DNA of 64,000 bases from Pseudobdellovibrionaceae bacterium. Its GTDB lineage: Bacteria; Bdellovibrionota; Bdellovibrionia; Bdellovibrionales; Bdellovibrionaceae. The position numbers and the translations under genes were made by a program. The DNA lies in contig JBDHWW010000001.1 of the NCBI GenBank assembly GCA_039810425.1, positions 96,001 through 160,000 on the forward strand. Reading direction: 5' to 3'. Positions 46,866 through 56,871 of the stretch are shown piece after piece. The notes below the pieces were generated by a model. The model was not told where the DNA came from, made no database searches, and saw only the letters and a list, made by a program, of their open reading frames with translations. The stretch's first letter is position 1. Every line of letters starts with the position of its first letter.

Positions 46866-48317
46866 TCAGTTGGCCACTTTGCTTTTTTTCGTCGAACCGC
46901 CGCCTGAGCGTTCTTCTTTACCTGCGGCCGCCTTCGCAGTGCCGCTGTCACTAAAGAGAGTGTCGTAGTACTCACAGCTTGCCTTATTGGCGGCATCTCG
47001 CGCCGCTTTGTAGTCATCAGCAGCGATGGAGACTTCACGGGCGCTAGTCGTACTTGCGCGCCCACCGGCTGGAGCCGCACCCAAAGCCACTATTTGATTC
47101 GAGAGCTGCTTATATCTCGTCTGCAGTTCGTTAGAGTCGTCGGTGACCGCCTTGGCTTTCTGTTGGGTCGTTTGCAGCAAACTTTGCATTTCAGAACTGG
47201 CTCGTTGAATCTTCTGTTGAAGCGCTTGTTGCTGTTGTGTCAAAGTTGTTTGTTCATCTTGTTGGGCCTGTTGCTCGAGCGTCGACATTTGGCTCAATTG
47301 TGTTTTCAAATTATCAATTTCAGATTGGGCATAGCCGATATCTTTATCGTTCACATAAATTTTAGCATCGGATTTGCGGATCAAAGACATGCGGGCATTG
47401 TAGAACTTGGCCATGCATTGCTTGAAAGACATATTCAGGTAATTACTGTTGCTGCCGCCTGCTTGTATCAAGGACTTTGTACTGCTTTTTTGACTGGTCA
47501 CTTTCAGCGCTTCTTTGCGTTTTAAGTAAGCTTCTCGGACGGTGTCCATACAAGTGCTATTAGCGACATCCTCGGTCATTTGACCAAGAGAAGAGGCTTT
47601 ATCAGCATAGATATCGTCTTTTTCCTGCTGCTTTTGCAGAATAGTACTTTCAAGCTTGCGCATATTTTGGGCCATTTCCGCGGCTTGCTTGGCCTGTTCA
47701 GAGGCGCGGTCACGCTGGGCCTTTTTAGTGTCAGCTTCCTTTTCTTGGTACTCTTTTTGAGCATCTGCGATGTCCTCTTGAATCTTTTTAAGATCTTTGG
47801 TGAAATCCGCATTGATCTCAGCTAATTCCTTTTTATTGTCCTTCAACTTCTTATTAACGTCGTCGAGCTTATCTTGAATCCGGTCTTTTTCTTCATAGAA
47901 ACCTTGTCCAGAGTACAGAGTGCACTTTGAGGCTCCCCCTGTATCCGCTTTGTTTAACGCTGCCAAGAGGCTTTCGGACATATTAAATTCTTCTTCGCCG
48001 GCAGTATCGTCACAGGCCGCTTGTTTTTTCTTGCAGCTGTCGGTTCCTTGGCCAGAAGACTTGCATGCTTTAGTAAACTCATCTTTTTTATCATCCGCAC
48101 GGCGTTTGAGGTAATCACAGTCGTTGGCAGAGCATTTCTCGCATTTCTCTATGTCTGCCGCATTTTTTGTTTTGGAGGAGTCGTTGCAAAAGGTCGTCAT
48201 TGCTGTTGAACACCCCCCAGCTTGTGCCGACTGAAAGCCCGTGAAAACAACCACAAATGTAAGAATGGAGAATAATTGGGCAAATGAATGGAGTCTAAAC
48301 GCTTTATTCCAATCCAT
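46866..48317 (-). CDS. Secreted Cys-rich long coiled-coil protein
   Basis: GGAGG RBS before ATG 48317; signal peptide ending AQA; Cys-rich N-terminus; Q/K/E/D heptad-rich body. Confidence 0.75.
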   Translation of the reverse strand: MDWNKAFRLHSFAQLFSILTFVVVFTGFQSAQAGGCSTAMTTFCNDSSKTKNAADIEKCEKCSANDCDYLKRRADDKKDEFTKACKSSGQGTDSCKKKQAACDDTAGEEEFNMSESLLAALNKADTGGASKCTLYSGQGFYEEKDRIQDKLDDVNKKLKDNKKELAEINADFTKDLKKIQEDIADAQKEYQEKEADTKKAQRDRASEQAKQAAEMAQNMRKLESTILQKQQEKDDIYADKASSLGQMTEDVANSTCMDTVREAYLKRKEALKVTSQKSSTKSLIQAGGSNSNYLNMSFKQCMAKFYNARMSLIRKSDAKIYVNDKDIGYAQSEIDNLKTQLSQMSTLEQQAQQDEQTTLTQQQQALQQKIQRASSEMQSLLQTTQQKAKAVTDDSNELQTRYKQLSNQIVALGAAPAGGRASTTSAREVSIAADDYKAARDAANKASCEYYDTLFSDSGTAKAAAGKEERSGGGSTKKSKVAN

Positions 48318-48442
48318 AGGAGTCCTCCCGGATAAGAGTATCAAAGTGCAAAATTGATTCCCCTATTATGGAGGTAGATTTTCCGAGAGCAAAGGGCCGT
48401 ATCAGTATGATACGACCTTTGTCGGGCTAGATTTGCTCCCGC

Positions 48443-48871
48443 CTATTCCACAGTGCTTCCGCAGTGGGAACATTTGGTCGCCTTGAGTGGAATCGTCGAA
48501 AGGCAGTACTTGCACTCTTTTGTTGCAGCCGGTGCGGCCGCAGGTTTTTGAACCTTAGAGGCCATCTTTACGATCAAGAAAACAGCGAAGCCCAAAATAA
48601 TAAAGTCGATCACGCTATTAATGAAGACGCCATAATTAAGGGTCGGAGCCGCCATCTTTTTTGCTTCAGCTAACGTCTCGTAATGCTCGCCGTTCAATGA
48701 AATAAACAAATTACTGAAATCGACCTTGCCCATACCCAGGCTTACGACTGGCATCAAGACATCGGCGACAAAAGAAGAGACAATTTTACCGAAGGCTGCC
48801 CCGATGATGATACCGACCGCCAAATCAAGAACGTTTCCCTTGCTGATGAAAGCCTTAAATTCACTCCACAT
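48443..48871 (-). CDS. mscL: Large-conductance mechanosensitive channel with a C-terminal zinc ribbon
   Basis: EFKAFISKGNVLDLAVGIIIGAAFGKIV and YGVFINSVIDF; tail CKYC...CSHC. Confidence 0.95.
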   Translation of the reverse strand: MWSEFKAFISKGNVLDLAVGIIIGAAFGKIVSSFVADVLMPVVSLGMGKVDFSNLFISLNGEHYETLAEAKKMAAPTLNYGVFINSVIDFIILGFAVFLIVKMASKVQKPAAAPAATKECKYCLSTIPLKATKCSHCGSTVE

Positions 48872-48923
48872 TTTTAAACCTCCCTTTTGATTTCAGTAGG
48901 AATCTTATGCTAGACTTCCACAT

Positions 48924-49178
48924 ATGCAAAAAGGTTTTAATTCAGACATAACGGTCCGCGGCCAAAAGTTTCATGTGCAAACGGAGGACTGGGGTGCCCG
49001 TAATCCATTTTTGGTCAGTAGAATTTTCTGTAATGGTGCTGTCATTAAAACTGTAAAGACTCCTTACGAAATCGCACTGAAAGCGCAGTCGATCCGTGAA
49101 GAGGACGCCATTAAAACAGCGCTCAAACGCCAGCATTCCGATATCTTGGATGTCTTGCTCGCCGGTAAAATGCCATAA
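48924..49178 (+). CDS. Small hypothetical protein
   Basis: 84-aa ORF (GFNSD...FHVQTEDWG) filling the gap before ftsE on the same strand. Confidence 0.65.
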   Translation: MQKGFNSDITVRGQKFHVQTEDWGARNPFLVSRIFCNGAVIKTVKTPYEIALKAQSIREEDAIKTALKRQHSDILDVLLAGKMP

Positions 49179-49272
49179 GGTTAGCTTCTAAAAAACTTTT
49201 CTGGCTGGCCTCTTGTCGAGACTGGACCTGAGTATTCTAGGAAACAGCTCCTTCATTCCCTAGAATAAGAGG

Positions 49273-49932
49273 ATGATTGAATTTTCCCACGTTTACAAAA
49301 CATATCCGGGCCCGATCCATGCACTTAAAAACATAGATCTGCAAATTGGCAAAGGGGAGTTTGTCTTCCTGACGGGGCCCAGCGGTGCCGGCAAAACCTC
49401 ACTGTTTAAAATGATCTCAGCCTTCGATACGGCGACTTCTGGATTGGTGGCAGTGTCGGGATGCAATATCAGCCGATTGAGCGAAACAAAAGTGGCAGAG
49501 TACCGCCGTCGCATTGGTGTTGTATTTCAGGATTTCCGGTTGCTCAAAGACCGTACAATTTTTGAAAACGTCGCTTTGCCGTTACAAATTCGTGGTGATC
49601 GCTCAGCCGTGATTCAAAAACGTGTCCAAGAAGTTCTGGAGCAAGTGGGTTTAACTCATAAGTATGATCAATTCCCGGATTTCATTTCAGGTGGTGAGCA
49701 ACAACGGACGGCGATTGCCCGTGCGATTGTTCATCAGCCCGGGGTCTTGATCGCGGACGAACCGACGGGAAACTTGGATCCCGCACTCAGCGAAGAAATC
49801 ATGGACCTTTTAGAGCGGGTTTGCGCCCAAGGAACGACTGTGTTTGTCGCGACCCATGATCACGAGATGGTGAAACGCCGAAACAAACGCGTGATCCAGT
49901 TGAAAGACGGCCTTATTGTGGGAGATCAATAA
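49273..49932 (+). CDS. ftsE: Cell division ATP-binding protein
   Basis: GPSGAGKT, RRRIGVVFQDFRLL and ADEPTGNLD; upstream of ftsX. Confidence 0.93.
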   Translation: MIEFSHVYKTYPGPIHALKNIDLQIGKGEFVFLTGPSGAGKTSLFKMISAFDTATSGLVAVSGCNISRLSETKVAEYRRRIGVVFQDFRLLKDRTIFENVALPLQIRGDRSAVIQKRVQEVLEQVGLTHKYDQFPDFISGGEQQRTAIARAIVHQPGVLIADEPTGNLDPALSEEIMDLLERVCAQGTTVFVATHDHEMVKRRNKRVIQLKDGLIVGDQ

Positions 49933-49933
49933 A

Positions 49934-50854
49934 ATGGTTCGCACACTATTCCAACAGCGCTTCGGCAGCCTTAAACGCAATTGGACTTTGCAGTTTTCAA
50001 CGCTCATCGTGGTGACGGCTTGTTACATCGTCGTCTGCGGTTCGTTCCTGCTATCGCAGAACTTGCAAAAGATTCTGACGGTGTGGGGCGAAGAGCTTCA
50101 GATGACCGTTTATCTTTCAGAAAACACCGAGTCTTCGGACGCCGAAGCCTTGCAAAAAAAAATCGAATCCAGGCCTGGCGTTGGCAAAGTAAAGTATGTC
50201 AGCAAGGATCGTGCACTAGACGATTTCCGCTCTCAGATGGCGAGTTATGCTCCGGACATTGTGAATGAAAAAGATCTTCTCAGCCTGATCCCAGCGAGTT
50301 TTCAAGTGTCCCTGAGTGAGTCTTTAAAGGCCGTGGATCATGTTAAAATTCTAGACGGCCTGGCCGGGGAGCTGAAAGCCGAGAAATCCGTTGCTGAAGT
50401 TAGCTATGGTCAAGAGTGGGTGCAGAAATACGGTCAGTTTCTATATTATTTTGAAAAAGCCTGCCAAGCCTTGGGGATAATCATTTTCTGTGCGGCACTG
50501 TTTGTTCTGTCAAACGTGATTCGCGCGTCGGTACAGTCTCGCCGCCAGGAAATCGAAGTTCTTGAACTGATCGGTGCGACACCGGCTATGATTCGCCGCC
50601 CTTTTATGGTTGAAGGCGCTTTGATTGGCTTTGTTTCGTCTGTGATGGCCGTTGGAGCTTGTTATTTCTCTTACACAAATGTTCAGCGTTTCTTTGAGAA
50701 TGAACTTAAGTTTTTACAACTTTCACAGCATTTTCAATTCCTAGGAACTGGTTTGGTGATTGCATTCTGCCTGGCGGGAACTTTACTGGGCGCTCTGGGT
50801 TCTTACATATGTGTTCGTCAGATCAATGATGGCTGGGCGGCCAGCCGCTTATGA
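49934..50854 (+). CDS. ftsX: Cell division permease
   Basis: TM1, periplasmic domain (YVSKDRAL) and RRQEIEVLELIGAT...PFMVEG. Confidence 0.92.
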   Translation: MVRTLFQQRFGSLKRNWTLQFSTLIVVTACYIVVCGSFLLSQNLQKILTVWGEELQMTVYLSENTESSDAEALQKKIESRPGVGKVKYVSKDRALDDFRSQMASYAPDIVNEKDLLSLIPASFQVSLSESLKAVDHVKILDGLAGELKAEKSVAEVSYGQEWVQKYGQFLYYFEKACQALGIIIFCAALFVLSNVIRASVQSRRQEIEVLELIGATPAMIRRPFMVEGALIGFVSSVMAVGACYFSYTNVQRFFENELKFLQLSQHFQFLGTGLVIAFCLAGTLLGALGSYICVRQINDGWAASRL

Positions 50855-51972
50855 GAAAAATTTTTGCGATGGCATTCATGTTTGCATCAATTGCGGGGGC
50901 GGAAACGCCACCGGTGGATTCAAGCTTGGAAAAGATCGCAAAGGATTTGCAAATCGCCAAAGAAAATCTCGAAATCCAAGAGATAAAGCAAAAGAAAGTT
51001 CTAACGGCGCTTTATTCCATTAACAAGAACATGAAAAAACTTGTGACAGAGAAAGCGGATCTCGAGCAACAACGGAGCCTCACCGAGCTTCAGATCCAAG
51101 GCTTGACTCAGAAAATCGATGAGAATAGTCAGCAGACTTCGGTGCAACGGGCCCAACTGGCAGACCGTTTGCGCGCAATTTACAAACTTAAAGGCCCGAC
51201 ACTTGCGCGGTTTCTTTTTGCGGCGAAGAGTTCCTCTGATTTAGAAAGAAACCTTAAAATCCTGGGAATCGTGGCAAAGCGTGACGTGGATTTGATTAAG
51301 TCCTATCGCGAGTCGGTCAGGGATTTGCACCATCGCCGAGAACGCTTGGAACAGAAATTGGCCTCGCTGCAAGAGGTCGAAACAAACCTCAAAGTGCACG
51401 AGCGTAAACTTCAAAAAGAGATTTCACAAAAGAATAGTATCCTGGCCGGCATTCGCCGCACGAAGATGTTCACGCAAGAGAAGATCAAACAATTAAAAGA
51501 CAAATCACTCAGCTATGATATTGTGGACACGGGTCTGATGGATTTGCTTTTGAAACCTTCTTTTGAAAACCAGAAGGGCATTTTGCCTAGACCCGTCGAA
51601 GGTCTAGTGGCGAAGAGCTTCGGTCTTATCAAAGCGCCGGATCAGTCTTATGTTTTGAGTAATAAAGGTCTTTTTATCTCGGCAAATCCAGGAGCAGCCG
51701 TGAAAGCAGTGTTTAGCGGTGTGGTTTCATTCGCCGGAAGTTTACCTGGCCTCGGACAAGTTTTAATACTCGATCACGGAGATCATTACTATACTGTGTA
51801 TGGGAATAATGCGAACCTGCGGGTCCAATTGGGCCAGGAGGTCGCGCAAGCACAGGTCATTGCAAATAGCGGACGCAGTAGCTTTGACCAGCAAAATGGA
51901 TTATATTTTGAGGTCCGACATTTTTCAGAGCCCTACGATCCAAAGGAATGGGTGAAAGGATTCAGCCGATGA
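50851..51972 (+). CDS. envC: Murein hydrolase activator (coiled coil + degenerate LytM)
   Basis: Long coiled coil; M23 fold lacking zinc ligands (NKGLFI, LYFEVR); follows ftsEX. Confidence 0.85.
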   Translation: MRKIFAMAFMFASIAGAETPPVDSSLEKIAKDLQIAKENLEIQEIKQKKVLTALYSINKNMKKLVTEKADLEQQRSLTELQIQGLTQKIDENSQQTSVQRAQLADRLRAIYKLKGPTLARFLFAAKSSSDLERNLKILGIVAKRDVDLIKSYRESVRDLHHRRERLEQKLASLQEVETNLKVHERKLQKEISQKNSILAGIRRTKMFTQEKIKQLKDKSLSYDIVDTGLMDLLLKPSFENQKGILPRPVEGLVAKSFGLIKAPDQSYVLSNKGLFISANPGAAVKAVFSGVVSFAGSLPGLGQVLILDHGDHYYTVYGNNANLRVQLGQEVAQAQVIANSGRSSFDQQNGLYFEVRHFSEPYDPKEWVKGFSR

Positions 51973-53357
51973 AGGCATTCATACTAAAGTGGAAAACTCT
52001 CTTACTGGCACTGATCTTGTTCTTGGCCCTCTTTATCATGGCTGAGACGGGTTTCCAGATTAAAGCCTTCGCTCAAGACCGTTATGCGGACCTTCAGAAT
52101 TTCACCAAAGTGCTGAACCTCGTTGAACAATACTATGTTGAAGAGGTGGATACTAAGAAACTGATTTACGGTGCGATCAAAGGAATGTTGCGTGAACTCG
52201 ATCCGCACACGAACTTTATGCCGCCGGACATCTTTAAAGATTTCGAAACTGAAACCAGCGGTGAGTTTGGGGGACTCGGTATCGAGATCTCTGTTACTAA
52301 CGGTATCCTGACGATCATTTCTCCGATCGAAGATACTCCGGCCTGGGAAGCGGGCATTAAAGCGGGTGACAAAGTGATCGCGGTTGACGGTCATAGCACA
52401 AAAGGTTTGAGCCTCGTTGAAGCTTCTCAGCTTATGAAGGGAAAAAAAGGTACGAAAGTAGTTTTGAAAATCGTTCGTGATGGCGAAGATGAGCCTCGCG
52501 ATATCGGTATCGTTCGTGGAAGCGTCAAAATCAAGTCCGTGAAATATACAAACTTGGATGACGGCTACGCGTATATCAAAATCACAAGCTTCATCGAGAA
52601 CACGGCAAGAGATCTCGAAAAAACGATCGATGCACATATTAAGAACAATAAAAAAGTCGAAGGTCTGATCATTGATATGCGCCGCAACCCAGGTGGCTTG
52701 TTGGACCAAGCGGTGAAAGTCAGCGACATGTTCCTCAAAGATGGAACAATTGTGAGTACCATTGGCAGAAATAAAAAAGAGAAAGAAGTTTCCAGCGCCT
52801 CAAAAAAAGGCCGTTTCACTGATTTTCCAATCATCATTCTTGTGAATGAATACACGGCGTCCGCGAGTGAAATCGTGTCGGGGGCCTTGCAAGACAATAA
52901 GCGTGCTTTGATCGCAGGGCAGCGCACATTCGGTAAAGGCTCTGTTCAGTCTGTTGTGAAGCTTGGAGATGGTAGCGGGTTGAAACTCACCGTTGCGCGT
53001 TACTATACTCCAAGTGGCGTAAGCATTCAGGCGGAAGGTATTAAGCCGGATATCGAAATCGAGGATGTGGACCCAGACGTGTTCGCGAAATCTGTGTTAA
53101 AATCCAAGATTACCCGTGAAAAGGACATTGCCGGCCATCTAAAAGGTGACCGCGAAAAAGAAAACGATAAAGCTCAAAAAACATTGGACTTGAAGCCGAA
53201 AGATTCGGGCAATGCATTGGCTTGGTGGAAAGATATCGGCAACAAGAAGGATGAGAATCTGACGGTAAAAGAGAAATTATTTAAGAATGACTACCAGGTG
53301 TATCAGTGTTTCTCATACTTGAAAGCTTGGAAGACACTGAAAGCCCTTGCGCGCTGA
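51969..53357 (+). CDS. ctpA: S41 C-terminal processing protease
   Basis: PDZ GLGI, DMRRNPGG, ASASEIV and TFGKGSVQ. Confidence 0.9.
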   Translation: MKAFILKWKTLLLALILFLALFIMAETGFQIKAFAQDRYADLQNFTKVLNLVEQYYVEEVDTKKLIYGAIKGMLRELDPHTNFMPPDIFKDFETETSGEFGGLGIEISVTNGILTIISPIEDTPAWEAGIKAGDKVIAVDGHSTKGLSLVEASQLMKGKKGTKVVLKIVRDGEDEPRDIGIVRGSVKIKSVKYTNLDDGYAYIKITSFIENTARDLEKTIDAHIKNNKKVEGLIIDMRRNPGGLLDQAVKVSDMFLKDGTIVSTIGRNKKEKEVSSASKKGRFTDFPIIILVNEYTASASEIVSGALQDNKRALIAGQRTFGKGSVQSVVKLGDGSGLKLTVARYYTPSGVSIQAEGIKPDIEIEDVDPDVFAKSVLKSKITREKDIAGHLKGDREKENDKAQKTLDLKPKDSGNALAWWKDIGNKKDENLTVKEKLFKNDYQVYQCFSYLKAWKTLKALAR

Positions 53358-53418
53358 GCTAGGTGAGATTGCTATTTTTAGCAAGGTTCATTAGTCTGCG
53401 CGAGAACTGAGGCGCTGA

Positions 53419-53976
53419 ATGACGTATGTTATCTCTCTTTTCTTACTCCTGTTCACTGCGGTGGCCGCGCGCGCAGTCACTCCGGGATTTGCCCATGGTA
53501 ATCAATTTTTTGCGATTCCATTGCAAGGAAATGTCACCGTCTATTGTGGTGCGAGTGAGTCGGCTTCTTACACTTGCTATGACTCGGTTCTCGATCCCGC
53601 GAGCTACGATTACTTCGTCGGTCCAGAAGGAATCCGTGCTGAGCAAGTGACTCTTTCTTGTCTGCGCCCCGACGGCACTCGGCGGGATCGCGCGGAAGAT
53701 TACGACACGAAAAACACCCGCAGCGTTTATGCCTACAATCTTTGGATCAATACTCCGTTTCAGCGTCCGCTCTTAGGCATGGGCGTGAACAAGATTGATT
53801 ACAAGATGACGAACATGGGAAAGATCATCCAGCAGGGAACTTTCTCAGTGAATGTCTCCCATGGTACGGCTCGCACATGTCCTACGACTCACTACAACTC
53901 CACCGATTCAAACGACTGTCAGTCTCCGTACACAGTTTGCCAAAGATACTTTGAGCAGTATGATTATTGCCGGTAG
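53419..53976 (+). CDS. Secreted Cys-containing hypothetical protein
   Basis: Signal peptide ending ARA; several Cys. Confidence 0.7.
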   Translation: MTYVISLFLLLFTAVAARAVTPGFAHGNQFFAIPLQGNVTVYCGASESASYTCYDSVLDPASYDYFVGPEGIRAEQVTLSCLRPDGTRRDRAEDYDTKNTRSVYAYNLWINTPFQRPLLGMGVNKIDYKMTNMGKIIQQGTFSVNVSHGTARTCPTTHYNSTDSNDCQSPYTVCQRYFEQYDYCR

Positions 53977-54573
53977 TTACCGGCTCTGTTTGCTTGAAAG
54001 CTTTAAGAAGAAATTCTGAAGCATCATGTAGCTCAAACCCCACAAAATCTCGCCGTCAGGCATGCGGATCGCAGGCAGCTTGATATTCAAACCCTCGCGC
54101 ACGAATTCGTAAGTCGTGGAATTTATGGTGTCGGTCAGATAGTCCAACGGAATCCAGTAAATCTTGTCCACCTCGCTCGCAGATATTTGCAATGCGGGCT
54201 TCTGAGGTAAGTGGAAAACAAAAGGTTCAATGTAGAACCCAAGCAGTATGCCGCGCTTGCGGGCTTGCGTGTCGTCAAGGGAGCCCATCAAGCGATCTGG
54301 TGGGATCCGGTAGCCGATCTCCTCGCTCACTTCGCGAAGGCAGGCAGCCATGAGTGATTCATCCGCCTCTTCGCGTTTACCGCCCGGAAAGGCAATCTGG
54401 CCGGACCAGCGGTCCGCCGGATTCACAGCGCGTTTGATAAAGAGCAATTCGAGGTCGTGGTCTTCGCCACAAAGTAAGAGGGCCACTCCCGAGGCCCTCG
54501 AAAAGTCTTTCGAGAGATCGATGCGTGGCCCTTGAGAAAGACTGTCCGCAATTTCTTTTTTAGTTTTGCTCAT
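53977..54573 (-). CDS. NUDIX hydrolase, CoA pyrophosphatase (NudL-like)
   Basis: SGQIAFPGGK...LREVSEEIG Nudix box and ILWGLS. Confidence 0.88.
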   Translation of the reverse strand: MSKTKKEIADSLSQGPRIDLSKDFSRASGVALLLCGEDHDLELLFIKRAVNPADRWSGQIAFPGGKREEADESLMAACLREVSEEIGYRIPPDRLMGSLDDTQARKRGILLGFYIEPFVFHLPQKPALQISASEVDKIYWIPLDYLTDTINSTTYEFVREGLNIKLPAIRMPDGEILWGLSYMMLQNFFLKLSSKQSR

Positions 54574-55873
54574 CTTTGAGCTGGTCTGCGCTGACTTCTC
54601 TAACCTTTACAGTTTTGTTCAAGAAGCCGATCACTTTCTCTTCAGTGATCATATAGCTCAAACGGCTCGTTTGCTCAGGTCGAGAGTAGAATTCACGGAT
54701 GCGTGCTTCTTCGATGTGAGTTTGCGCGGCGTACTCTTTATACTTGGTCTCGAGGTCCTCATCTTTCGCGAACAAATCATGCTTCTTCGCGATAGCATCG
54801 ATTAAGAAGCTGGATTGGATCATTTCAGCAGCGGTCTTTTCGAAATCTGCGTCCCATTTTTGAACGTAGTCTTTAAAGTCGGCCGGAGACATGCCTTGTT
54901 CACTCATTCTCTTTTGGAAGTCAGCGATCAAAGAATTCTTTTGATCCTTCAGTAAAGAAAGAGGAACTTCTACTGGATTGGCTTGAACAAGCTTTTTCAA
55001 AAGACGGTTTTTGAAAGCATCTTCCACGCGTTTTTGCTCAGTCCCTTCCAAGTCTTCACGGATCGTCTTTTTCAAGTCTTCCAATGAAGTCGGGCCGCCG
55101 AGAGTGGCCAAGAACTCGTCGTTGATTTCAGGCAATACCTTCTTCTGCAACCTTGCCAGCTTCACTTTAAACTCAACGGGTTTGCCCGCCAGCTCAGCAG
55201 AGTGGTATGGAGTCGGGAACTTCAAGTTCAAAGTCTTAGTTCCGCCGACTTTCATGCCAACGACACCTTCTTCGAAACCTTCGATGAATTGTTTAGCTCC
55301 GAGTTCAAGATTATGGTTCGTGCCAGTGCCATTTTCCAATGGCTGGCCATCAACAAAACCTTCGAAATCAACAACCGCGATGTCGCCCAACTGCGCGGCG
55401 CGGTCTTCAAGAACGTCAGCAAAGGTTGCGCGTGAAGTACGGATGTTTTCCAAAACCTCGTCAACTTTCTTGTCGTCGAAGACAAGTTTTTCTTTTTCAA
55501 CTTCGATGCCTTCGTACTTGTTCAGTTTCACTTCCGGGCGAACATCAAAAGAGGCCGAGAACGCAAAATCTTTTGCCTCGTTTGGAATATCGAATTCGAA
55601 TTCTGGGTTACTGATTGGCTCAAGTTTGTGCTCGGTCAAAGCTTTGATGTAGTGCATTTGGATGAGCTCTTGCGCAACGTCTTGCTTTACACGGTCCGCG
55701 TACATGCTCTTGATTGTAGCAATGGGAGCTTTGCCTTTGCGGAAACCTTTCACAGTGACTTCTTTTTGAATGTCGTTGAAGATTCTGTTGAATGCTATTT
55801 GCACAACAGTGGCAGGAACTTCGACATTGATTTTGTGATGGAGAGAAGAAACTTTCTCGATATTTGTTTTCAT
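54560..55873 (-). CDS. tig: Trigger factor
   Basis: GFRKGKAP ribosome-binding motif; FKBP domain (FIEGFEEG, FPTPYHS); ATG 55873 after GAGGAG. Confidence 0.96.
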   Translation of the reverse strand: MKTNIEKVSSLHHKINVEVPATVVQIAFNRIFNDIQKEVTVKGFRKGKAPIATIKSMYADRVKQDVAQELIQMHYIKALTEHKLEPISNPEFEFDIPNEAKDFAFSASFDVRPEVKLNKYEGIEVEKEKLVFDDKKVDEVLENIRTSRATFADVLEDRAAQLGDIAVVDFEGFVDGQPLENGTGTNHNLELGAKQFIEGFEEGVVGMKVGGTKTLNLKFPTPYHSAELAGKPVEFKVKLARLQKKVLPEINDEFLATLGGPTSLEDLKKTIREDLEGTEQKRVEDAFKNRLLKKLVQANPVEVPLSLLKDQKNSLIADFQKRMSEQGMSPADFKDYVQKWDADFEKTAAEMIQSSFLIDAIAKKHDLFAKDEDLETKYKEYAAQTHIEEARIREFYSRPEQTSRLSYMITEEKVIGFLNKTVKVREVSADQLKDEQN

Positions 55874-55998
55874 AGGGCTCCTCAGGTTTTCCAGTAGCGT
55901 CAAAATGAATCGGGATACTAGACAATTGCCCTCTAATAAGCAAGCAATTGCCGCTGCGCATAATGCCTTCAAATCTAAGCTCAGAGACACTCATACCT

Positions 55999-56871
55999 AT
56001 GACTTCAGAGATTCATTTTGTGACTGGAAAAGGCGGGGTGGGAAAATCCACGGTTGCCGCCGCTTTGGCTCTCAAAAAAGCTCAATCTGGTCGGCGCACT
56101 CTCCTCGTGGAAATTGGCGACCAGTCTTTCTATAAAGACTATTTCCAATTGCCTGAAGTTGGCTTTGAATCCGTTAAAATACAGGAAAATTTTTCAGTCG
56201 CCCTATGGACCGGGGAAAACTGCCTGAGGGAATACATCATTCACCTCATCAAAGTTGAAGCTCTGTACAAGCTCTTCTTCGAAAATGCGGTCATGAAAGC
56301 CTTCGTGAACGTCGCCCCGGCGCTCCCGGAGCTGGCGATCATGGGGAAAGCCACGAGCGGGCCCCGTCACCATGGACCCGCGCTGCCATTTGATTGTCTG
56401 ATCGTTGATTGCTACGCGACCGGCCACTTCATGGCGCTCATGGGGGCGGCCGAGGGCATGGCAAAAGCCGTGAAGGTTGGTCCGATGGGTGAGCAAAGCC
56501 GTAGCATTGATAAAATGCTGCGCGATCCGGAAGTCTGCAAGTACTACATTGTCTGCCTGCCCGAAGAGCTGCCGGTGCGTGAAAGCGAGGAGTTGCACGA
56601 AGAGTTGCAGAAACGCTTCGGCGTCAAGGCTCAGATCGTTTTGAATAGATTCCTGGATGAAGAGATTGCCACGAGTGAATACACCGCGGCGGCTCAGGCC
56701 GGTTCGCCGGAGTTAGCCGAGTTTGCAAAAGAGGATCTTAAAAATCGCAGCATGCATCACGAGATGAAGAGCCGCCTTAAGAAATTGGACCCCGCGCTCG
56801 TGTCCTTACCGACCGTGTGGGATCACAGTGTGCAAAACCTTTTGAAAACCTTAAGCCAGAGGATGCCATGA
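55999..56871 (+). CDS. ArsA/Get3-family ATPase, subunit 1
   Basis: VTGKGGVGKST, DCYATGH and LPEELP. Confidence 0.85.
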   Translation: MTSEIHFVTGKGGVGKSTVAAALALKKAQSGRRTLLVEIGDQSFYKDYFQLPEVGFESVKIQENFSVALWTGENCLREYIIHLIKVEALYKLFFENAVMKAFVNVAPALPELAIMGKATSGPRHHGPALPFDCLIVDCYATGHFMALMGAAEGMAKAVKVGPMGEQSRSIDKMLRDPEVCKYYIVCLPEELPVRESEELHEELQKRFGVKAQIVLNRFLDEEIATSEYTAAAQAGSPELAEFAKEDLKNRSMHHEMKSRLKKLDPALVSLPTVWDHSVQNLLKTLSQRMP

